Source: an uncultured delta proteobacterium (lineage in GTDB: Bacteria > Myxococcota > Myxococcia > Myxococcales > Myxococcaceae). Taken from it: DNA of 64,000 nucleotides. Shown here in pieces: positions 41,115-51,903 of the stretch; position 1 is the first letter of the stretch, and the number at the start of each line of letters is the position of its first letter. The position numbers and the translations under genes were made by a program. The notes below the pieces were generated by a model, which did not search any database, had not been told where the DNA came from, and saw only the letters and a program-made list of their open reading frames with translations. The stretch lies in contig CAWCKH010000004.1 in assembly GCA_963796055.1 (NCBI GenBank), positions 2,016,001 to 2,080,000 of the forward strand, read 5' to 3'.

Positions 41115-42846
41115 TCACGGTTCGCTCGGAACTCCAGGCGGGGCATAGGGCGGGCTGAGCAGCAGTCCCGGCTCCAGCTCCATGGCTTTGCGGCGCTCCT
41201 CTCTTGCGAGATTGGCCCAGCGTTCCTGGAGCTCGGGGCCGCCCTGCTCGATGAACATCGCCTGGCGGGTGTACACCGTCGCCAGCCACGCGTGCGCGAG
41301 CCCGTACCGCGGATCGACCGTCAGGGCGCGCTTGAACTCCGCGATGGCCTCGAGATTCGTTCCGGCGTCCGCTCCGCCTTCCGATCTCACGGCCGCGGCC
41401 CATTCTTCCGCCCTGGAGACACCCCGGAGGTAATGGTCGTACGCAACCGGGCTGGTCGTCGCCCCTCGGCCCAGTCGCCCGTCGTCCCCGGCGGTGAGCT
41501 TCAGCGCGAGCGCACTCGCCACCTTCGCCGCGACGTCCCGCTGCACATCCAGCACGTCCTTCGCCTCGAGATCGTAGAGCTCCGCCCAGCGGTGCTGCTC
41601 GGACCGTGCATCGATCAGCTCCGCCGTGATCCGCATCTTGTTCCCGACGCGCCGGACGCTTCCCTCGAGGATGTGCGCCACGCCGAGCTCGGCGGCCACC
41701 TGCCGGAGGGGCTTGTTCCCTCGCTGGTAACCTTCGCCCGAAGTAGGGGAGCGGACCCGCAGGCCGGGCACCTTCGCGAGCTGGATGAGGATGTCCTCGG
41801 TGAGGCCCGCGCTGAAGTACGCGTCGTCGGTGGTTCCGCCGAGGTTGGTCAGCGGGAGCACCGCGATGCTGCGTGGGTCGACCACCAGCTCTGGCGTGGT
41901 CGGACGGTAGCGGTAGGCGACCAGACCCATGGCCAAGAGCACGGCGGCCACGAGCGCCCCTGCCCCGGCGCTGACGAGTCTCCGGTTCTGCCGCAGGAGG
42001 TGCGGCACGAGCTCCAGCGGATCCCCGTATCGCCGGGTGGGATCGGGGTCGAGCGCACGGCGAAGCGGACGGGTCCATCCGGCGGGGAGCCGGTCCATGC
42101 GTCCTCGGTCGGGGAGCCGACCGGTGACCATCTCATGCGCCACCAGGCCCAGCGCGTAGATGTCGGTGCGAGGAGTCACCGTGTCGCCGCCCCGCTGCTC
42201 CGGCGCCATGTACGGCGGGCTCCCGACGACCGCCCCCACGGCCGTTCCGCTCCAGTCGGTGTCGATCTCCATGCGCGCCGGGCGGGCGATCCCGAAATCG
42301 GTGATGACCGCCCGGAGCTCCGCGCGGTCGTGAACGAGCATGACGTTGCCCGGCTTGAAGTCGCGGTGAACGAGGTCCCTGGCGTGAATCGCAGCGAGGC
42401 CCTCCGCCATCTGCTGCAGCAGGACCAGCGCCTCCCTGGGCGGAAGGGGTCCGTTTCGCAACCGGTCGGCCAGGGTCTCCCCATCGAGGAACTCCCATGG
42501 TGACGAAGGCGATGGGTCCCGCCGGCCCTTCGCCCTCGTGGAAGTCGAAAAGCCGGCACACGTAGGGGTGCGTCACAGCCCGGGCTAGCTGGACTTCCCG
42601 GCGCAACCGGTCGAGCAGCGCCGCGTCCGTGCCATCTCGCTCCCGGATGGTCTTGACCGCCACCGTGACGTGGAGCCGCAGGTCACGTGCCTCGTAGACC
42701 TCGCCCATCCCGCCGCGGCCGAGGAGCCGCGCGAGCTTGAACCGCCCGAGCAGGATGTCTCCGGCGAGCGGGGCAGTCCCTTCGGTGGGTGACTCCCCCC
42801 TCACCGTCTGGCTGACCGGCTCGGTCTCCCTCTCCTTGTCGGGCAT
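41115..42846 (-). CDS. membrane Ser/Thr kinase with TolB-N-like and TPR domains; +1 frameshift at 42494-42496
   Basis: GRGGMGEVY, HRDFKPGN, TDFG, GSPPYMAPE, TM, SIAVLPLTNL; deleting one G restores FVTMEFLDGETLADRLRNG. Confidence 0.85.
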
Positions 42847-42987
42847 GGAAACGCCGGGACCGGGAGCTTAGCCGCCCCGCGCGGCGAAGTGTTTGCTGGG
42901 GCGGCCGGGCCGGTCTGACCGGACGCCGGGCACTTTCCGGTTTCGCCCTTCGGTGGAATTGGACGTGAGACGGACGGACGGGCTCTG

Positions 42988-43128
42988 TCACCCGTTGATC
43001 TCGGCGCTGCCGAGCATGTTCCCGTCCTGATCGGTCCCGCCGGTGATCAGCACCCGCCCCTCAGACAGCAGGGTACCGTTCCCGTACCCCCTCCAGTGAT
43101 CACCACCGTCCCATCGGACAGAGCCGTT
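42988..43128 (-). pseudogene. kelch-repeat protein remnant
   Basis: TALSDGTVVITGG and TLLSEGRVLITGGTDQDGNMLGSAEING* in different frames. Confidence 0.55.
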
Positions 43129-43135
43129 CTACGGT

Positions 43136-43370
43136 CCGGATCGAGCACGAGTACGGCGCGGCCATCGCCCTAGATCGCCTCCCCTACGCCCACGCCCGCC
43201 AGACGGTCAGGACGCGACGGCCTGTCGCTGAACCTCTTCCGTGACAACTGGGTGCTCCAGCACGCCCAGGAGAAGACCCCGAGCTCAAGTTCCGGGCCAC
43301 GCGCCTCAGCTCCACGAGGGCAAGCAGGTGGCAGACGGCGGCGAGCGGCCTGCGGGCACCACGTCCTGAC
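43136..43370 (+). pseudogene. prfC: degenerate duplicate of the prfC 3' end
   Basis: Aligns by eye with 40609-40901 through the stop codon, with a ~54-bp deletion, small indels and substitutions. Confidence 0.9.
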
Positions 43371-43490
43371 CGGGACCAACCCTGAGGCACCTGGTGCCGC
43401 CGCAGCGTGCTCTGGACCACAAGATCTAGTCGAACTTGCTACACTCCGCGCGGATCGAAACGGGGTGACCACCGCCTCGGGAGGGAAGCC

Positions 43491-43901
43491 ATGCAACGGT
43501 TGCTGACGGGAGTCGCAGTCGGGACGCTGCTCCTCGGAGGGACAGCACTTGCCGCCGAGGAAACGCTGGCCGACAGCCTCAGGAAAGCCTGCAACAAGGA
43601 GCTGACGTCATTCTGCAAGGGCGTGAAGGAGGGGGAGGGTCGCGTCCTCGCCTGCCTCTACGCGTTCCAGGACAGGGTCTCGGACAAGTGCGCCTACGCC
43701 GTCTACGACGCCGCCGACCAGCTCGAGCGCGCAGCAACGGCACTGAAGTATGCCGCCAACCAGTGCGGGCCGGATCTCAAGAAGTTCTGCGCGGACGTGA
43801 AGATGGGGGAGGGACGCGGGCTGGCCTGCCTGCAGAAGCACAAGAAGGACATCAGTCCCACCTGCACCGATGCGCTGAAGCAGACCGGACTGTCGAAGTG
43901 A
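43491..43901 (+). CDS. secreted cysteine-rich repeat protein (GLG1/Cys_rich_FGFR-like)
   Basis: Signal peptide; two repeats C..EL..FC..VK.GEGR.LACL...C. Confidence 0.85.
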   Translation: MQRLLTGVAVGTLLLGGTALAAEETLADSLRKACNKELTSFCKGVKEGEGRVLACLYAFQDRVSDKCAYAVYDAADQLERAATALKYAANQCGPDLKKFCADVKMGEGRGLACLQKHKKDISPTCTDALKQTGLSK

Positions 43902-44326
43902 TCCAAGGAAGGACAACCCACGTCTTCGTCGTCGGACGCCGGGTCCAGCGGCGTCGCCCTCTCCTCGGAGAGGCGCGGGCGGACCGGGCTGGGGCGGCGC
44001 CGGGGCGGCAGGCGTGGGCAGGACGTTAGGGGCCGGGTTGGCGCTGGGAGCAGCGTAGCCCCCGCCGCCAGCCTCGCGGCGCTGACCGCGAATGGTCAGA
44101 GGAGGGAGGCCAGCTTCGAGGGCCAGGCGATTGCGCGACTCAGTGCTCCAGCACCTTGGCGTGGCAGTAGCTGCACCCCCGTCCGGGAACGGTCACCGGA
44201 GGATCGTTGCTGGGGTCCCCGTCGCATCCCGCTGCTCGTTGAGTGTCGGACAGCGACTCTCTGACTCCGCGAACCGGCCTAAGGTCCTCGTGAAGGGAGC
44301 GCCACGCTCCCATCCCGAGGCTGCTG

Positions 44327-45121
44327 ATGCGGATCATCACCCTGCTGAGCGATTTCGGTCTCGAGGATGGCTACGTCGCTGCGATGAAGGGAGTCATCGC
44401 CGGCATCGCACCAGAGGCTCGCCTGGTGGATGTCACCCATCTGGTGCCTCCGCAGAACGTCGCCTCTGCTCGCTTCCGGCTGCTCACCGTCGCTCCCTTC
44501 TTTCCGCCGGGCACCGTCCATCTCGCAGTCGTGGACCCCGGTGTGGGGACGGCTCGCCGCTCGGTGGCGGTTCAGTCAACGAGCGGTTCGTGTTTCGTCG
44601 GTCCGGACAACGGGATCCTTCTCGGCGCGCTGGAGGCCGATCCCCCGTTGGCCGCGGTGGAGCTGTCCGAGCCGCGCTTCTGGCGAACGTCCACCCCGAG
44701 CGCGACCTTTCACGGACGGGACATCTTTTCCCCGGTCGCGGCGCACCTGGCCAGAGGTGTGGCTCTGGAATCCCTGGGGCCTGCCATCTCTCCGGCCGAG
44801 CTGGTGAAGCTCGAGCTTCCGCGCTGCGAAATGATTCAGGGCGGCGCGCAGGGAGCCGTTCAAGCGCTGGACCGATTCGGAAACTTGATCAGCAACGTGC
44901 CCGGGGCGCTTCTCACCGACCGCCGCGCGTGGACCGTCTCGATCGCCGGGCGCACCGTCACTGGCCACCGGACGTACGCCGATGTACGGCCCAACGAGGC
45001 GCTCGCTCTCGTGGGGAGCCACGGATTCGTCGAAATCGCCGTTCACCGGGGCGACGCGCGGCGCGTACTGGGCGCGGGATTTGGCGATCCACTGCAGATC
45101 CTCTGGACCGGACGGCTCTGA
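44327..45121 (+). CDS. SAM hydroxide adenosyltransferase / chlorinase-fluorinase family (DUF62)
   Basis: ITLLSDFG, HLAVVDPGVGT, GPDNG, SATFHGRDIF, DRFGNLISN. Confidence 0.92.
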   Translation: MRIITLLSDFGLEDGYVAAMKGVIAGIAPEARLVDVTHLVPPQNVASARFRLLTVAPFFPPGTVHLAVVDPGVGTARRSVAVQSTSGSCFVGPDNGILLGALEADPPLAAVELSEPRFWRTSTPSATFHGRDIFSPVAAHLARGVALESLGPAISPAELVKLELPRCEMIQGGAQGAVQALDRFGNLISNVPGALLTDRRAWTVSIAGRTVTGHRTYADVRPNEALALVGSHGFVEIAVHRGDARRVLGAGFGDPLQILWTGRL

Positions 45122-45125
45122 AGGC

Positions 45126-45378
45126 TCAGAGGTGGGTGATAACGACTTTCCCGAAAGGCCGCGCGGCCTGGTAGTACCGGTACGCCTCGGGCGCCTCGGC
45201 GAAGGGGAACACCCGGTCGATCACCGGCCGGAGACGATGCTCCACGATAGCCGAGGGTCAGCACGGTTTCGCCGGCGCGGAGACCTCGTCCACCGGTCAG
45301 GGCGTTCCAGGCGGTGACCGCCGCACAGGGCAGGGTCGCGCCCTCTTCGAAGGAGAGGTGATCGGGGAGTTGGACCAC
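45126..45378 (-). pseudogene. zinc-binding alcohol dehydrogenase/quinone oxidoreductase remnant with internal deletion
   Basis: LSFEEGATLPCAAVTAWNAL..GETVLTLG fused out of frame to LRPVIDRVFPFAEAPEAYRY..FGKVVI*. Confidence 0.8.
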
Positions 45379-45658
45379 TGGCGCTGATCACCACCTTGAC
45401 GTCCTTCGCCACCGCCACCGATGTCACTCTCGCCGAGCTCCAGCTGGAAGCATTCCTGCCCGCCGATGAGGCCACCGCCCGCATTCTCCGCCAGCGTCTC
45501 ATCCACCACACCGCGCAGGGCTCGACGGAAGCCCGACACGCATCGACGGAGGCCACTAGGAGCCTGTAGCTCATCGCTGACTGCGGCCGCCCGGACCTCG
45601 CCGTCTGCGTGCCACCTGACGACACCCTGACCCAGATCTCGACTGCGGCCGCCCTGAC

Positions 45659-46081
45659 CTAGAGGCGCGTCAGCAGCGCCTCCGCGCCCCAGGCCAAGCC
45701 CTCACCCTGAGCTCGCTCCGACAACCGGCACCCGAAGTCCTCCGCCTCGATCAGCTGGCGAATCTCGACCTCACCGTCCTGGAAGGGCGCGCGCTTGAGC
45801 CACTCGATCGCCTCATCCTTGGATTTCAACTCCCAGATCCAGAAGCCACCGATCAGTTCCTCCGACTCCGCGAACGGACCGTCGATCACGGTCCGCTTCG
45901 AGCCCTCGAACTTCACTCTGGCTCCTTTCGAGCTGGCCTCGAGCCCCTCGGCCACGACCATCACCCCGGCCCTGACCAGCTGGTCGTCGAACTTGGCGAT
46001 CTCCGTGAGGACCTCGTCCTCGGGAAGCTTCCCCGCCTCCGAATCCTTGTTCGCCTTCACGATCACCATGAATCGCATCAT
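45659..46081 (-). CDS. YciI/DGPF family protein
   Basis: MRFMVIVKA..IDGPFAESEELIGGFWIW..EAIEWLKRAP. Confidence 0.88.
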   Translation of the reverse strand: MMRFMVIVKANKDSEAGKLPEDEVLTEIAKFDDQLVRAGVMVVAEGLEASSKGARVKFEGSKRTVIDGPFAESEELIGGFWIWELKSKDEAIEWLKRAPFQDGEVEIRQLIEAEDFGCRLSERAQGEGLAWGAEALLTRL

Positions 46082-46287
46082 CGCCTCCCTTTCATTCGGG
46101 TCTGGAGGCCGCAACGTCGGCGCCCACCCTGTCGTGCCGGGACGGCGAAGGTCGAGACCCTGAATCCCTTCTGTCAGCGACCGCACGGATGTCAACCCCA
46201 TCGGGTCCCCACGGCCGAGAAGCGCCGGATTGGCGCTGGGAGCATCATGGCCCCTGCGGTCCGCCGAGCGGCGCCGACCGGGAGCGG

Positions 46288-47115
46288 TCAGGCGACGCTG
46301 CGCTCGGTGGCCACCATCGGCGCCGGCACCATCACCGGCACCCGCCGCGGCCCCCAGGCCCGGGCCGGATCCGCCCACAGCCAGCGGGGGACGATGCGCA
46401 TCTGCCCGGCCTCGTGGGTGAAGACCCGCAGGCGCCCCAGCTCGGTCGAGCTGCCGGCGTTGTAGAGCGCCAGCGGCCGCGAGCTGTCGGTGAAGAGGTG
46501 GATCTCCCGCGGGACGTGGCGGTGGCCGTGCAGCACCAGGTCGCACCGGCCCTTCACCCGCTCCAGCAGCTCGCGCCCGAGCTGCAGCTCGTTCGAATAG
46601 GGCAGCCGCAGCCGCTCGCTCATCCGCTCCAGCCAGCTCTCCACCGGGAGCGCCACCAGGTGGTGGTGCATCAGGACCGCCACCAGCGACCGCTCCGGCG
46701 CGGCGTCCAGCGCCGCGTCCACCTCGTCGAGCATCCGGCGGGTGAGCTCGCCGTGGCACGCCCAGTAGCTCCGGTTGTGCTCGGCCGTCGAGTCCACCAG
46801 GACCAGGTACAGGCCGGGATGCTCCTCCACCGCCACCCGGCGGCCCTTCATCAGTGCCCGGCCTGCATCGTCACCCACCCGGTCGTGGTTCCCCGGGACG
46901 ACCGTCAGCCGTCCCTGCCGGAGCAGCGGGGCGAACACGTCCAGGAAGAGGGACATCTCCACGTCCCGACCCTTGTTGGTGATGTCGCCGGTGACCACCA
47001 CGTGGTCGATGGCGGAGTCGATCAGGGCCTGGCAGAGTGCCCGCGCCATCGCCTCGCGCGCTGGCCCCTGCCCGAAGTGCAGGTCGGAGAGGTGCGCCAG
47101 CGTGTGCAAACTCAT
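46288..47115 (-). CDS. calcineurin-like metallophosphoesterase
   Basis: SDLH, TGD, PGNHD, MHHH, HGHRH, NAGS; ATG overlaps upstream stop. Confidence 0.9.
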   Translation of the reverse strand: MSLHTLAHLSDLHFGQGPAREAMARALCQALIDSAIDHVVVTGDITNKGRDVEMSLFLDVFAPLLRQGRLTVVPGNHDRVGDDAGRALMKGRRVAVEEHPGLYLVLVDSTAEHNRSYWACHGELTRRMLDEVDAALDAAPERSLVAVLMHHHLVALPVESWLERMSERLRLPYSNELQLGRELLERVKGRCDLVLHGHRHVPREIHLFTDSSRPLALYNAGSSTELGRLRVFTHEAGQMRIVPRWLWADPARAWGPRRVPVMVPAPMVATERSVA

Positions 47116-48353
47116 GCCCTCAGATCTGACATCACCGCCGCGGCGGGACCGTGGAGTGGCGGCAAATTCTCGGAGAAACCGGTGACAGACGGATCTCCGG
47201 ACGGCGTCGGATCCGCGAGCGGCATCAGCCGGCTCCCGGAGTGCACCCTGAGCCGGTTCCCGCGCCAGACCACCGTCCGGGCGAACAGCCCATACACCCA
47301 TGTCACGAACAGCAAGACATCCTTCATCCACACCACCCCGAAGGCCCGCCAGCTGAACAGCTCCCGCCGGAGCCGGCTGAAGGCCACCGCATCCAGGGTG
47401 GGCTTGAGCACCGCGCAGACCGCGAGGGTGGCCGCGGCACCCGACGTCGGCCGCAGCGCGTAGCCGATGACCGCCAGTGGGATGGGGTTGAGCAGCGACT
47501 CGGCGAGGTAGGTGGGGAAGCTGATCGCCGTCCGGTGGATGACGCTCCACCGCAGGTAGCGGCGGAAGAAGTGACCCACGCTCTTCTCCACCGCGATGTT
47601 CCACACCGGCAGGCTGGACACCGCCACCCCGGCGTTGAGCTCGCGTCGGATGCGGTTGCCGAGCGCGTGGTCCTCGGCGAGCACGTTGGCCACCGACTCG
47701 AAGCCTCCGAGCAGCTCGAGGTCGTGACGCCAGAGCGCCATCGACTTGCCCACCACCAGGGGCTTCCCCGCCACCCGCTTGGCCGCGACCATCCCCGTGG
47801 CCACCGTCGAGGCCAGGTGCACGTTGTCCAGGAAGGCGCCGAGCGTCCTCTGGCCCGCGCCGCCGATCGGATGGGTGACGCAGCCCACCCCGGTCCGCGC
47901 CAGGTGCGCGGCGATGTCGGCGAGGTACGCCCCGGGCACCCGGATGTTGGAGTCGCTGACCACCAGCAGGGCGTGCCGCGCCGCCTGCGCCATTCCCACC
48001 AGCTGGTTCACCTTCGGGTTGAGGCCGACCTCGCGCTCCTGCCGCACCAGACGCATCCGGTGCGGCCACCGGCGCACCGCCTCCTCGGCGATCGGCCACG
48101 CCGCGTCCTCGGGCGAGCGCACCCCGAGGACGACCTCGTACTCACCGGCGTAGGGCAGCTCGGCGAAGGAGGCCAGGTTCGCCGCCAGCTCGTCGTCGGC
48201 CCCGCAGAGGGGCTTGAGCACCGAGATGCCTGGCCAGCTGGTGGGCACCAGCCCCGGGCGGCGCACATGCCAGACGGTGAGGCCGAGCATGATGGCCAGC
48301 GCCGCCACCCCGACCACCGAGGCGGCGAGGAGCACGAGTCCGAGGGTCGCCAT
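47112..48353 (-). CDS. ceramide glucosyltransferase-like (GT21/HpnI) glycosyltransferase
   Basis: SVLKPLCG, NPKVNQL, VSDSNI, GKSM, LAEDH, RYLRW; N- and C-terminal TM. Confidence 0.88.
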   Translation of the reverse strand: MATLGLVLLAASVVGVAALAIMLGLTVWHVRRPGLVPTSWPGISVLKPLCGADDELAANLASFAELPYAGEYEVVLGVRSPEDAAWPIAEEAVRRWPHRMRLVRQEREVGLNPKVNQLVGMAQAARHALLVVSDSNIRVPGAYLADIAAHLARTGVGCVTHPIGGAGQRTLGAFLDNVHLASTVATGMVAAKRVAGKPLVVGKSMALWRHDLELLGGFESVANVLAEDHALGNRIRRELNAGVAVSSLPVWNIAVEKSVGHFFRRYLRWSVIHRTAISFPTYLAESLLNPIPLAVIGYALRPTSGAAATLAVCAVLKPTLDAVAFSRLRRELFSWRAFGVVWMKDVLLFVTWVYGLFARTVVWRGNRLRVHSGSRLMPLADPTPSGDPSVTGFSENLPPLHGPAAAVMSDLRA

Positions 48354-48735
48354 GACTGCGGTCCGATCTCCTGACGGGCGGCTCGGGAGCACGCCGCCGA
48401 TGCACCGGCGGGGCCCTGGAGCGGTCGCCCTGCTCCGAGGTCGGAAGACCATTGTGACGTCGGTGTGGAACGGATCCGAGGAGCCCCGGAAACACCTTTG
48501 TGAGGGGGGTGGCTGGACGGCGGACCCGCAAGTGATCTGGAATCGACAGCGAATCGCAGGTCGAAAGGACGTTTCCCCGGTGCTTCTCGCTGCCACGTCG
48601 ACCCTCCCGGTGTCCCCGTCGGACCTCCTCGCTCCGCTTGCCGCTGCCGCGGCGCTGCTACTGCTGAGACTTGTGGGTCGACCGGCGCCAGTGTGGGTGC
48701 GGCGCCGCAACAACCGTCGTCGCTGACGGGTCCCG

Positions 48736-49275
48736 TCAGCGAAACGGTCGCAGCACCTCGCCGCGGTGACCGGCCGCGCGGAGCACCAGCCCCTCCCGGG
48801 CCCGTCGCGCCGCCGAGGGCCCGATGAGCCACCCCACCGGCTCGCTCCTGCGGCAGTTCTTCTTCAGCCAGCCCTCCAGGTCCGCGAACCGCCGCCGGAA
48901 GCGGTCCGGCGCCGCATCCCGCCGTCCCGTCTGCGGGGTGACGTCCAGCTCGGCCCAGAGCTGCCCGGCGACCAGCGCGCCGTCCTCGTCCAGTGTCGAG
49001 CGCTCCCAGAAGACGACCGGAGAACGCACCTCGTCGACCCGCCAGTGGCCCCTGTCCGGGCCGCGCTTCACCCGGTCCACCAGCACCGGCCCGAGGTCCG
49101 ACGCTGCGAGGTAGAGCTCGGGCGGGAGCCGGTCCTGCGCCTCGGCCGTGGCAACGAATGGTTTCCAGTCCGGGGGCACCCGCCGCGGGTACACCTCGTA
49201 CGGGGTCTGGGTGAGGAAGCGAAGGAAGGCGCGCTCGTCCTCGGTGTCGAGCAGCGGTTTGAGCACGTTGGCCAT
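48736..49275 (-). CDS. hypothetical protein
   Basis: 179-aa ORF with ATG start and globular composition. Confidence 0.75.
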   Translation of the reverse strand: MANVLKPLLDTEDERAFLRFLTQTPYEVYPRRVPPDWKPFVATAEAQDRLPPELYLAASDLGPVLVDRVKRGPDRGHWRVDEVRSPVVFWERSTLDEDGALVAGQLWAELDVTPQTGRRDAAPDRFRRRFADLEGWLKKNCRRSEPVGWLIGPSAARRAREGLVLRAAGHRGEVLRPFR

Positions 49276-49372
49276 CGGACGGGCGGCACCGTGCCGGTCG
49301 ACGGCGCCGGGTGCAAGCGCTTGCAGACGGCGTTTGCCCGAGGGCCACCCGGGCGGTCACACTCCCCGGAAC

Positions 49373-50881
49373 GTGTCGGATCCGGCCCTGGACGCGCTGC
49401 GCGCGCGCATGCACGAGCTGAAGGACCTGGGGGGAATCCTCGGCCTCATGACCTGGGACCAGGAGACCTACCTGCCGTCGAAGGCGGGGCCGGCCCGCGC
49501 CGCCCAGCTGGCCACGCTCCAGGGGCTCTACCACCAGCGGCTGGTGGCCCCGGAGGTGGGGGAATGGCTGGAGCGGGCAGAGCGGGCCGCGCTCGACCCC
49601 GACACCCGGGCGATGCTCAAGGTGTTCCGGCGGGAGCGAGACCATGCGGTTCGGGTCCCCGAGTCCCTGGTCCGGGCGCTGGCCGAGGCGCAGTCCACCG
49701 GGCTCGATGCCTGGCGCCAGGCCCGGGCCGATCGTGCCTTCGCCTCCTTCGCCCCCGCGCTCGCCCGGCTCCTCGATCTGCGCCGCGAGCAGGCCGATGC
49801 CATCGGGCACGGGGGCGAGCGGTACGACGCGCTGCTCGACCATTTCGAGCCGGAGATGACCACCGCCCGTCTTCTTCCAGTATTGGAGCGGCTCCGGGCC
49901 GCGCTCGTCCCCCTGGTGGATGCGCTCGACGGGAGCATCGAGGGGCCGGAGATCTTCGATGGCCGGGTGTTCGACCCCGAGCAGCAATGGCGCTTCACGC
50001 TCGAGCTGCTGGAGCTGCTGGGTTTCGACCTCGGTGCTGGACGACAGGACCGGAGCGTCCATCCCTTCACCGGCGGGACGCATCCCACGGACGTGCGCCT
50101 CACCACCCGCATCGACCCGAGGAATCCCTCGCCCGCGGTGTTCGGCACCCTCCACGAGTTCGGCCACGGCCTGTACGAGCAGGGCTTTCTCCCCGAGCAC
50201 CACCGGACTCCCCTGGCCGCCTCGCCGTCGATGGGCCTGCACGAGTCGCAATCCCGCCTCTGGGAGAACCTGGTGGGCCGCAGCCTCCCCTTCTGGGGGT
50301 TCCTCTTCCCGCGGCTCAAGGCGGCCTTCCCCGAGGTGCTGGCGGGGGTGGAGCTGGAGGGGTTCCACCGGGCCATCAACCGGGTCCGGCGCTCGCCCAT
50401 CCGGGTCGAGGCGGACGAGGTCACCTACAACCTGCACATCGTGCTCCGCACCGCCCTGGAGGTCCGGCTGCTGCGGGACGAGCTGGCGGTGGAGGACCTG
50501 CCCGAGGCCTGGAACGCCGAGATGGAGCGCACGGTAGGGCTCCGGCCACGCGACGACGTGGAAGGGGTGCTCCAGGACATCCACTGGGCCCACGGCGAGT
50601 TCGGTTATTTCCCGACTTATGCTCTCGGAAACCTGTACTCGGCATCGCTGATGCGGGTCGCCGAGCGGGTGCTCCCCAACCTCTGGGACGAGGTGGCGCA
50701 GGGCGAGCTGGGCTCACTCCGCGCCTGGCTCGCCGAGCACGTCCACCGACACGGTGCCCGGGGGTCGGCCGAGGAGCGGGTCCAGGCCGTCACCGGGCAC
50801 GGACTCACCGACGCAGACTTCCTCGCCTACCTCCGGGCGAAGTACGGCGCTCTCTCCGGCCGGACACTCCCCTCGAGCTGA
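49373..50881 (+). CDS. carboxypeptidase M32 (Taq-like)
   Basis: WDQET, HPF, DVRLTTR, HEFGH, HESQSR, IRVEADE, LQDIHW, GYFPTYALG. Confidence 0.95.
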   Translation: MSDPALDALRARMHELKDLGGILGLMTWDQETYLPSKAGPARAAQLATLQGLYHQRLVAPEVGEWLERAERAALDPDTRAMLKVFRRERDHAVRVPESLVRALAEAQSTGLDAWRQARADRAFASFAPALARLLDLRREQADAIGHGGERYDALLDHFEPEMTTARLLPVLERLRAALVPLVDALDGSIEGPEIFDGRVFDPEQQWRFTLELLELLGFDLGAGRQDRSVHPFTGGTHPTDVRLTTRIDPRNPSPAVFGTLHEFGHGLYEQGFLPEHHRTPLAASPSMGLHESQSRLWENLVGRSLPFWGFLFPRLKAAFPEVLAGVELEGFHRAINRVRRSPIRVEADEVTYNLHIVLRTALEVRLLRDELAVEDLPEAWNAEMERTVGLRPRDDVEGVLQDIHWAHGEFGYFPTYALGNLYSASLMRVAERVLPNLWDEVAQGELGSLRAWLAEHVHRHGARGSAEERVQAVTGHGLTDADFLAYLRAKYGALSGRTLPSS

Positions 50882-50924
50882 GGCGTCCCGGATCCGGCTG
50901 GACGCAGCGCCACTCAGCGACGTC

Positions 50925-51731
50925 TCAAAGCCCGAGCACGTGCTCTCCGCCGCGTGCCGTCTCGGCCGTCACCCGCACCCAGTCGGCGACCTCCGGAGCG
51001 CTCGCCGGGACCGGCGAGGTCCGGGACCGCACCACCCTCACGCCGCTCGCCGCCGCTCCGTCCGGATCCTGCATCGCGAAGCCGAAGGCCCCGGAGCTGC
51101 TCTTCCACCGGGCGACCACCACCCCCCGCACCACCACGCGCCGTCCGGGCACCCAGCCCGCCACGAGCTGGCGAACGTCATTCGAGGATGGAGCGGGCGT
51201 TCCCTCCGGCGGCCCGGGTCCATCCAGGTCATCGCAGCTGGCCAGCGCCACCACCGAGAGCGCTGCGGCGCCCGAGGTGCGCTGCTGCCAGATGCCGGAG
51301 AGGGAGGCCACCCGCGTTCCCTCCGCCCAGCGGGATCGGCAGCTCGGCTTCGCCCCCAGATACGCGTACGCGTCGATGGCGATGGTCTGCCCGCGCCCGT
51401 CGACCACCGCGAAGCCGTCGCAGTAGCTCCCGCTGGGCACCGCGCAGGGGACGGTCCGGATCTGCCCGCTCAGGTCCACGTGCACCCGCATGTCGCTGAA
51501 CGGTCCCGGTCCGGCATCGGGCCGCAGCTCGATTGCGTCGGCGAGATGGCTGGGCGGCAGCGCCCGGCCGCGCTCCAGCACCTCGAGTCCCGGCCCACGC
51601 TCCGGGGACCAGATGCCTCCATCGCCTGCGGCCGGGGAGGCGTCCTCGTCGGGAGATGGCGGCGTCTCGCCACCCGAACACCCGGTGCACCCCACCGACC
51701 CGATCAGCAGCAAGACCGCGCAGATCCGCAT
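50925..51731 (-). CDS. putative lipoprotein/secreted protein with OB-fold-like segments, possibly truncated
   Basis: MRICAVLLLIGSVGC signal; VVVRGVVVA..GFAMQDPDG..SGVRV. Confidence 0.5.
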   Translation of the reverse strand: MRICAVLLLIGSVGCTGCSGGETPPSPDEDASPAAGDGGIWSPERGPGLEVLERGRALPPSHLADAIELRPDAGPGPFSDMRVHVDLSGQIRTVPCAVPSGSYCDGFAVVDGRGQTIAIDAYAYLGAKPSCRSRWAEGTRVASLSGIWQQRTSGAAALSVVALASCDDLDGPGPPEGTPAPSSNDVRQLVAGWVPGRRVVVRGVVVARWKSSSGAFGFAMQDPDGAAASGVRVVRSRTSPVPASAPEVADWVRVTAETARGGEHVLGL

Positions 51732-51903
51732 CCCCGTCCTCCCGGGGGAGGCACCGAAGCAAGCCGCGGTCCAGTCCTTGCGACGCTCCCTGGCGTCACC
51801 CGCCAGAGTTACTACAGACAACGCCCGGGAACGGCGGATCTTCGGGGATTCCGGGCAGGCGGACTCGGCAGTCCTTCCCCTGACCCCGCACCGGAGCGAC
51901 ACT

